Assembly: GCF_036287235.1 (NCBI RefSeq)
Contig: NZ_CP142850.1
Span: 1,163,127-1,195,126, forward strand
Length of the DNA stretch: 32,000 bases
Reading direction: 5' to 3'
Origin: Exiguobacterium sp. 9-2
Lineage (GTDB): Bacteria > Bacillota > Bacilli > Exiguobacteriales > Exiguobacteriaceae
Shown: in pieces, positions 27,451 through 32,000 of the stretch
Layout: the number at the start of each line of letters is the position of its first letter
Numbering within the stretch: the first letter of the stretch is position 1
Translations under genes and position numbers: made by a program
Notes under the pieces: model-generated
What the model saw: the letters and a program-made list of their open reading frames with translations, nothing else
What the model was told of the DNA's origin: nothing
The model's database searches: none

Positions 27451-27831
27451 ATGCAGTTCGACCAAAGAAGCCCGGTGTACCTGCAGGTCGTCCGTTGGTT
27501 CAAACAACGAATCGCGACCGAGGAATTGCAAAGCGGGCAAGAAATCCCGTCCCGCCGCGAAATTGCCGCACAGCTCGGAATCAATCCGAATACCGCACAA
27601 AAAGCATATAAAGAGATGGAGGAGCAGCAATTGATTACGACAGAACGGAATGTCCCGAGTAAGATTACACGCGATCCACAAGTCGTCCAAAAAGTACGGA
27701 CCGAGATGCTTGAAGAAGCAGTCTCTGAATTCATCGATGCCGTCAAGGCGATTCAAATTCCACTTGATGAGGTCGTCTCGAAAGTTGAGACCGTCTATCA
27801 GGAAACGGAACGGAGGAAGATCGATGCTTGA
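27451..27831 (+). CDS. GntR-family transcriptional regulator (YtrA-like short form)
   Basis: MQFDQRSPVYLQVVRWFKQRIATEELQSGQEIPSRREIAAQLGINPNTAQKAYKEMEEQQLI; ATG after aaagggaggt. Confidence 0.92.
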   Translation: MQFDQRSPVYLQVVRWFKQRIATEELQSGQEIPSRREIAAQLGINPNTAQKAYKEMEEQQLITTERNVPSKITRDPQVVQKVRTEMLEEAVSEFIDAVKAIQIPLDEVVSKVETVYQETERRKIDA

Positions 27832-28501
27832 AGTTCATGGCTTACAAAAGAAGTACGGAAAAAAACCAGTCCTTCAAGGCGTTTCGTTCTCCGTTCCGAT
27901 GGATCAATTGACATGTCTGATCGGTTTGAACGGTGAGGGGAAATCGACGATCCTGAAAGCAATCGCAGGACTTGTTCCAGTCAACGCAGGAACGATTCTC
28001 GTCGATGGCGAGATCAACCGAAATAAGATCGCCTTCGTTCCAGATATTCAGACGATGCCCGGCTACATGACGGTCGGTGACGCGCTGACGTATATGGCGG
28101 ATTATTATTCTGATTGGAATCAAGAGACTGCGAATGAATTGATGCGAATTTTCCAGCTACTTTCAACAGATAAGATTACCGACTTATCAAAAGGAAACCA
28201 GGCGAAGGTCAGCTTAATTCTCGGATTTGCTCTCGATCGTCCGTACTTATTACTCGACGAACCGTTCGCAGGAATTGATTTGTTTACGAAAGAACAGATT
28301 GCAGGATTATTCTCAAGCCACTTCATGGAAGGGCGCGGTATCCTGATGACGACACACGAAATTCAGGAAATCGAGCATTTGATCGACCGGGTCGTCTTCT
28401 TACAGGACGGTCGAATCATCGATGAACATGAGACAGAAGAGATGCGAGAACTGTACGGGAAGTCGGTTCAGGACCGGATGCGGGAGGTCTATCAGCGATG
28501 A
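27824..28501 (+). CDS. ABC transporter ATP-binding protein
   Basis: MLEVHGLQKKYGKKPVLQGVSFSVPMDQLTCLIGLNGEGKSTILKAIAGLV; LSKGNQAKVSLILGFALDRPYLLLDEPFAGID; ATG overlaps the end of the regulator gene. Confidence 0.92.
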   Translation: MLEVHGLQKKYGKKPVLQGVSFSVPMDQLTCLIGLNGEGKSTILKAIAGLVPVNAGTILVDGEINRNKIAFVPDIQTMPGYMTVGDALTYMADYYSDWNQETANELMRIFQLLSTDKITDLSKGNQAKVSLILGFALDRPYLLLDEPFAGIDLFTKEQIAGLFSSHFMEGRGILMTTHEIQEIEHLIDRVVFLQDGRIIDEHETEEMRELYGKSVQDRMREVYQR

Positions 28502-29313
28502 AACAATACATACAATTGACGAATGAAGAGATTAAACGGAGTTTTAAGTTATATGTAATTGCCGTGCTTGTGATGGCGGCGATTGAATTGATATCAGTCA
28601 TTGCACAAGTGATGCTTCATGAGCAAAAAATCAAGAATTTCATGGAGAATAATCGTGCAAAATTATCAGACGCACTTCAGCAAATCGGAAAGCTAGATTA
28701 CGCGGATACGACTTCTTTTTTCGTATTTATGACCTTAATAGGAATTGTATTTGTTGTGATTTACGCATTTCAAATTTGGTATCGTGATTGGCTTGGGGAA
28801 ACAAAATACATCTATCGACTATTAATGCTTCCAGGGAGCAGATATAGCATCTTCTTTTCAAAATTAACTGCTGTATTTCTGGTTATGATTAGCTTTATTG
28901 GTTTGCAATGGTGTTTTCTTAAGGTTGGATCTTATTTATTTGATTGGTGGATCCAAGCGGAGTATCAAAAAAGTTCTAATACGAATATATTCAGTAGTTC
29001 ATTGGAAGAATTTTATACGACGAATTTAACTAATATGATTCTCATCATCCTTATTTCTACAATGGTTATCTGTTTAATCTTTTTGCTCGTTTTGTTGGAA
29101 CGATCGTATCGAAAAGTAAAAGGAATGATTCGAATCGCGATTGAAATTACAATTTTTATAGCGTATTCGTTCATTTGTATCTATTTTTTAGATCAGACAC
29201 ATTTATTACTAAGTTCTGAAAAAGATGCTTTATTCATAGGGTTTGTTTTTGTCTATATGATTTACGCCTTGTGGAGAAGTTTACGACTTTTGAAATGGAA
29301 AATCTCGGTCTAA
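28498..29313 (+). CDS. ABC transporter permease-like membrane protein
   Basis: 271 aa, several TM segments, ATGA overlap with the ATPase gene. Confidence 0.8.
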   Translation: MKQYIQLTNEEIKRSFKLYVIAVLVMAAIELISVIAQVMLHEQKIKNFMENNRAKLSDALQQIGKLDYADTTSFFVFMTLIGIVFVVIYAFQIWYRDWLGETKYIYRLLMLPGSRYSIFFSKLTAVFLVMISFIGLQWCFLKVGSYLFDWWIQAEYQKSSNTNIFSSSLEEFYTTNLTNMILIILISTMVICLIFLLVLLERSYRKVKGMIRIAIEITIFIAYSFICIYFLDQTHLLLSSEKDALFIGFVFVYMIYALWRSLRLLKWKISV

Positions 29314-29323
29314 GGAGGATAAT

Positions 29324-30415
29324 ATGCGATCATATAAATATTTTATAAGTTTTATACTAATCAGTGTCGCGTCACTAGCTTTTTATGTGGGATACGTCTT
29401 AACTTTAGAAAAACCTGAATTAGTAGTTGAAACCAAGAGCGGTAGCCCGAAGCAAAGCACTCTTCAAAATCTACAAATTAACTTAATCGATGTAGTTCGT
29501 CAACCTACAGACTACTCTGTTTCGATTAAAGATGGACAAGTCTCTGAATCAAAATCATCATATCTAAATAATATGTATCTCGATCGTGTTTATTTAAACG
29601 ATGGAGCGCCACGGTCATTTAAACAGTTCATGCAAGAAGAAACGTATACTCTCATGCAAGATTCTGTGACTTACGGATTAAAAGGTCGAGAAGACGGTAG
29701 TTGGGAGTTGCAATATTGGGATCTTAAAACTAAAAAATTGACGACAAAACAATTGAGCACTCCCTCAGAAGTTAATAATAAAAAGTACGCCTACTCACCC
29801 TTTCAACGAACAGAAGATCTACTTTATGTGGAGCGCTATTCGATGGATGAGCAAATCCCCAAAAGCTTTATTTATATTATTAACTTAAAAAATAATCGCG
29901 TACGCAAACAACTACTACCAATAGAATTAAAGAAAAATGAATACATTGAGTCATTCTATAAAGGACAACTACTTTATTCTCAAACATATTTTCCTAAGAA
30001 TAACCCCGATACTGAACAGCAGCGTCTGCTGATGACAGACGGAAAAAAGACGAAACGATTAAAACAACTGGAAGGAGAAGATTTTAACACTCGAATTTTA
30101 AATGAAGGCAAATTAATCGTGACGATAAATGAAAATGATGAGACACAGTTAAGTTGGAATACGTTCGATATGGAGTCGGAAAAATATACAGTACATCAAG
30201 TTCCACTTCCTGATCGTAAAAAATTCACAGATGGAGGTGGATTCCCGGTCTCTATTTTGGAAAATGGACGCATTTATTTTTCTTATCAGCTAAAAAATGA
30301 TGATTACAGAGTATTGGTTTTCAATCCGACATCAGCAAATATTGAATATGAAGGAAACATTACGAATAAAAATCCAAAGATTAAGTTATCACTAAGTGAT
30401 ATGCGATTGAAGTAA
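29324..30415 (+). CDS. Membrane-anchored extracytoplasmic protein of unknown function, associated with the ABC cassette
   Basis: One N-terminal TM (YFISFILISVASLAFYVGYVL) followed by about 335 hydrophilic residues; RBS aaggaggat. Confidence 0.75.
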   Translation: MRSYKYFISFILISVASLAFYVGYVLTLEKPELVVETKSGSPKQSTLQNLQINLIDVVRQPTDYSVSIKDGQVSESKSSYLNNMYLDRVYLNDGAPRSFKQFMQEETYTLMQDSVTYGLKGREDGSWELQYWDLKTKKLTTKQLSTPSEVNNKKYAYSPFQRTEDLLYVERYSMDEQIPKSFIYIINLKNNRVRKQLLPIELKKNEYIESFYKGQLLYSQTYFPKNNPDTEQQRLLMTDGKKTKRLKQLEGEDFNTRILNEGKLIVTINENDETQLSWNTFDMESEKYTVHQVPLPDRKKFTDGGGFPVSILENGRIYFSYQLKNDDYRVLVFNPTSANIEYEGNITNKNPKIKLSLSDMRLK

Positions 30416-30494
30416 GTTATAGAAATTTCATTCAATCACTTGAAACCTCCCGTTTTCTTCCAACGTATAAAGACTATACAAGGGGGGAACTCAC

Positions 30495-30788
30495 ATGCAA
30501 TTCTTGATTTTTGTCATCTTCGCAGGTGCTATGTACTGGTTTTATTACAATTTCTTACTCGGATACCGTAAGAAAAACATCACGCTGACGTTTGACGATC
30601 GGTTTTATTCACTCGACGAACATGTCGCAGCCATCGAACAAAAGCTTGCAATGGATGGGCATTCGGCACGTTATCTCGGTGACCGTCGTTTTGAAGTTGA
30701 TGGCAAACCTTATCTGTTCCTCGAGCGGACAGTCCCAGTCGGCGGGGTTCCGACACAGCAGACGATTCTCGAGCAACAAAAAAAATAA
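30495..30788 (+). CDS. Small hypothetical protein with N-terminal TM
   Basis: MQFLIFVIFAGAMYWFYYNFLLGYRKKNITLTFDDRFYSLDEHVAAIEQ...; RBS aaggggggaa. Confidence 0.7.
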   Translation: MQFLIFVIFAGAMYWFYYNFLLGYRKKNITLTFDDRFYSLDEHVAAIEQKLAMDGHSARYLGDRRFEVDGKPYLFLERTVPVGGVPTQQTILEQQKK

Positions 30789-30816
30789 CTCTCCCGCGTT
30801 TGGGAGAGTTTTTTCG
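30787..30816. terminator. Rho-independent terminator between convergent genes
   Basis: aactctccc-gcgttt-gggagagttttttcg. Confidence 0.8.
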
Positions 30817-31305
30817 TTAGACCGGAATCCGGTCGAGGGGATGTGGTTGTTGCGACGAACGATACCAGTGTATGATCCAATGATCAATACCGATTTGATA
30901 CGCAAAGCGTCCTGCAGCAAGTAAGACGATTGAGGCAGCTAAGAACAACGGGTTTAACGCAATCGTTCCAGCAAGTAAGTAATTGAGATTCATGATGCTC
31001 CCGACGACCAGTGCAGGAACCGTCAATAGACTGAGAATCAACAAGATCCCGACGACGAGTTCTGCGAACGGAATCAAGACGTTGATCAGCCCGACGTTTG
31101 GTAAGGCGAGTTGCTCGATCCACGTCGCGTACCACGAACTGACGAGTGCGTCTTCGCCTATCGCTTTCGTTAGCGCCCCTTCAAGAAACGGTTTTGCATC
31201 AAAGCCATTGATGTACTTGCCGATCCCGGCGATGAACCACTGAATTCCGAGCCAGAGCCGGATGATCGTCACTAAACTGATGCCGATGATGTGTAATGCT
31301 TTCAC
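30817..31305 (-). CDS. DoxX-like membrane protein
   Basis: LWLGIQWFIAGIGKYINGFDAKPFLEGA...; FAELVVGILLILSLLTVPALVVGSIMNLNYLLAG; GTG preceded by GAGGAG (track start 31380 is longer). Confidence 0.8.
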   Translation of the reverse strand: MKALHIIGISLVTIIRLWLGIQWFIAGIGKYINGFDAKPFLEGALTKAIGEDALVSSWYATWIEQLALPNVGLINVLIPFAELVVGILLILSLLTVPALVVGSIMNLNYLLAGTIALNPLFLAASIVLLAAGRFAYQIGIDHWIIHWYRSSQQPHPLDRIPV

Positions 31306-31431
31306 TTTCAGACACTCCTCTACTACAACATAGTCCCCATCATACTGAAAAATCATCAGTAAGATAGGGACTATCATCATAACGTCATCGAACCGTCATC
31401 GACCTGTTACAAAAAAGGATAAGGTAGCCGT

Positions 31432-32000
31432 TCATGACCGCTGATCGAGACGATGACTGATTGCAGTTAATAAAGCAGCGACAAGCGCAACAAGCCCACC
31501 GACCAGTGCCGTGTTCATCATCGGACCGTTCGCATAAACGATGCCACCGAGTGCCGAACCGAAGGCAATCCCGACATTACTTGCAACCGGCATCAAGGAA
31601 GCGGCGAGTCCTTTTGCTTCCGGATTGAACTTTTCGGCGAGGTCAATCAAGTAGATTTGTGTCGAAGTCGTCAATAAAATCGACATCAATGACATCAAGG
31701 CGATGTTAAACAGACCAAGTGAAAGGGATACTGTCGTGAAGTATAATGCAGCAAGGACGATTGCTTGCACGACGAAGACGAACCGTAAGCGACCCATCGG
31801 ATTTTTACTTGCAATCTTGCCGGCAAGGATGTTACTGAAGATCGAGACGACACCGTAAGCGAGCAGGATCGGACTAATCCATGTCTTCGCGATGCCGAGT
31901 TCCGTTTGCAGGATCGGCACGAGGTACGTGTAGACGACGTAAGTTGCTCCGAAGCCGAACGACGGAATGAAGAAGGCAATCAGGATCCGTGGATTAGCGA
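31432..32000 (-). CDS. MFS transporter, C-terminal part (start beyond window edge)
   Basis: Frame is open to the right edge: ANPRILIAFFIPSFGFGATYVVYTYLVPILQTELGIAKTWISPILLAYGVVSIFSNILAGKI... Confidence 0.88.
   Translation of the reverse strand, partial: ANPRILIAFFIPSFGFGATYVVYTYLVPILQTELGIAKTWISPILLAYGVVSIFSNILAGKIASKNPMGRLRFVFVVQAIVLAALYFTTVSLSLGLFNIALMSLMSILLTTSTQIYLIDLAEKFNPEAKGLAASLMPVASNVGIAFGSALGGIVYANGPMMNTALVGGLVALVAALLTAISHRLDQRS

Noticed and set aside
1-32000. Search for CRISPR-like repeat arrays, IS or phage genes, toxin-antitoxin or defence cassettes, tRNA and rRNA
   Set aside because: None recognised by eye; gene content and order look like ordinary chromosome. A dedicated tool run (tRNAscan-SE, CRISPR finder, DefenseFinder, Infernal/Rfam) would be needed to exclude subtle cases.

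Overview
The window looks like an ordinary low-to-mid-GC Firmicutes chromosome segment. Gene content resembles Exiguobacterium or a related Bacillales, but this is an inference from protein style and not a database result. I saw no prophage, IS element, CRISPR array, tRNA or rRNA. The main content, in order: an edge-truncated ABC exporter; a YaiI/YqxD-family protein; a GAF/PAS histidine kinase followed by a GAF-GGDEF-EAL protein whose catalytic motifs look degenerate; a small acidic protein; DUF4003-like and DUF1836-like genes; a hemolysin-III family gene; an M3 oligopeptidase; rpiA; several small unknown ORFs, one apparently frameshifted; a DUF350-like gene with a small membrane ORF; a 5TM-LytS-type GGDEF cyclase; a gntP-type permease/scoA/scoB/3-hydroxybutyrate dehydrogenase/thiolase operon with a candidate cre site; a DUF2268-like metalloprotease split across two overlapping ORFs; brnQ with a near-perfect CodY box; gldA; two related SH3-M23 peptidases; a Nudix hydrolase; a GSP39-like SDR plus a Pro/Glu-rich miniprotein; a GntR-ABC-permease-anchored protein cassette; a DoxX-like protein; and an edge-truncated MFS transporter. 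I found no convincing new defence-type or mobile system. The items most worth a second look are the degenerate GGDEF-EAL protein, the candidate SigB, CcpA and CodY sites, the GntR operator-like palindrome with the uncharacterised third gene of its cassette, and two apparent single-base homopolymer frameshifts.
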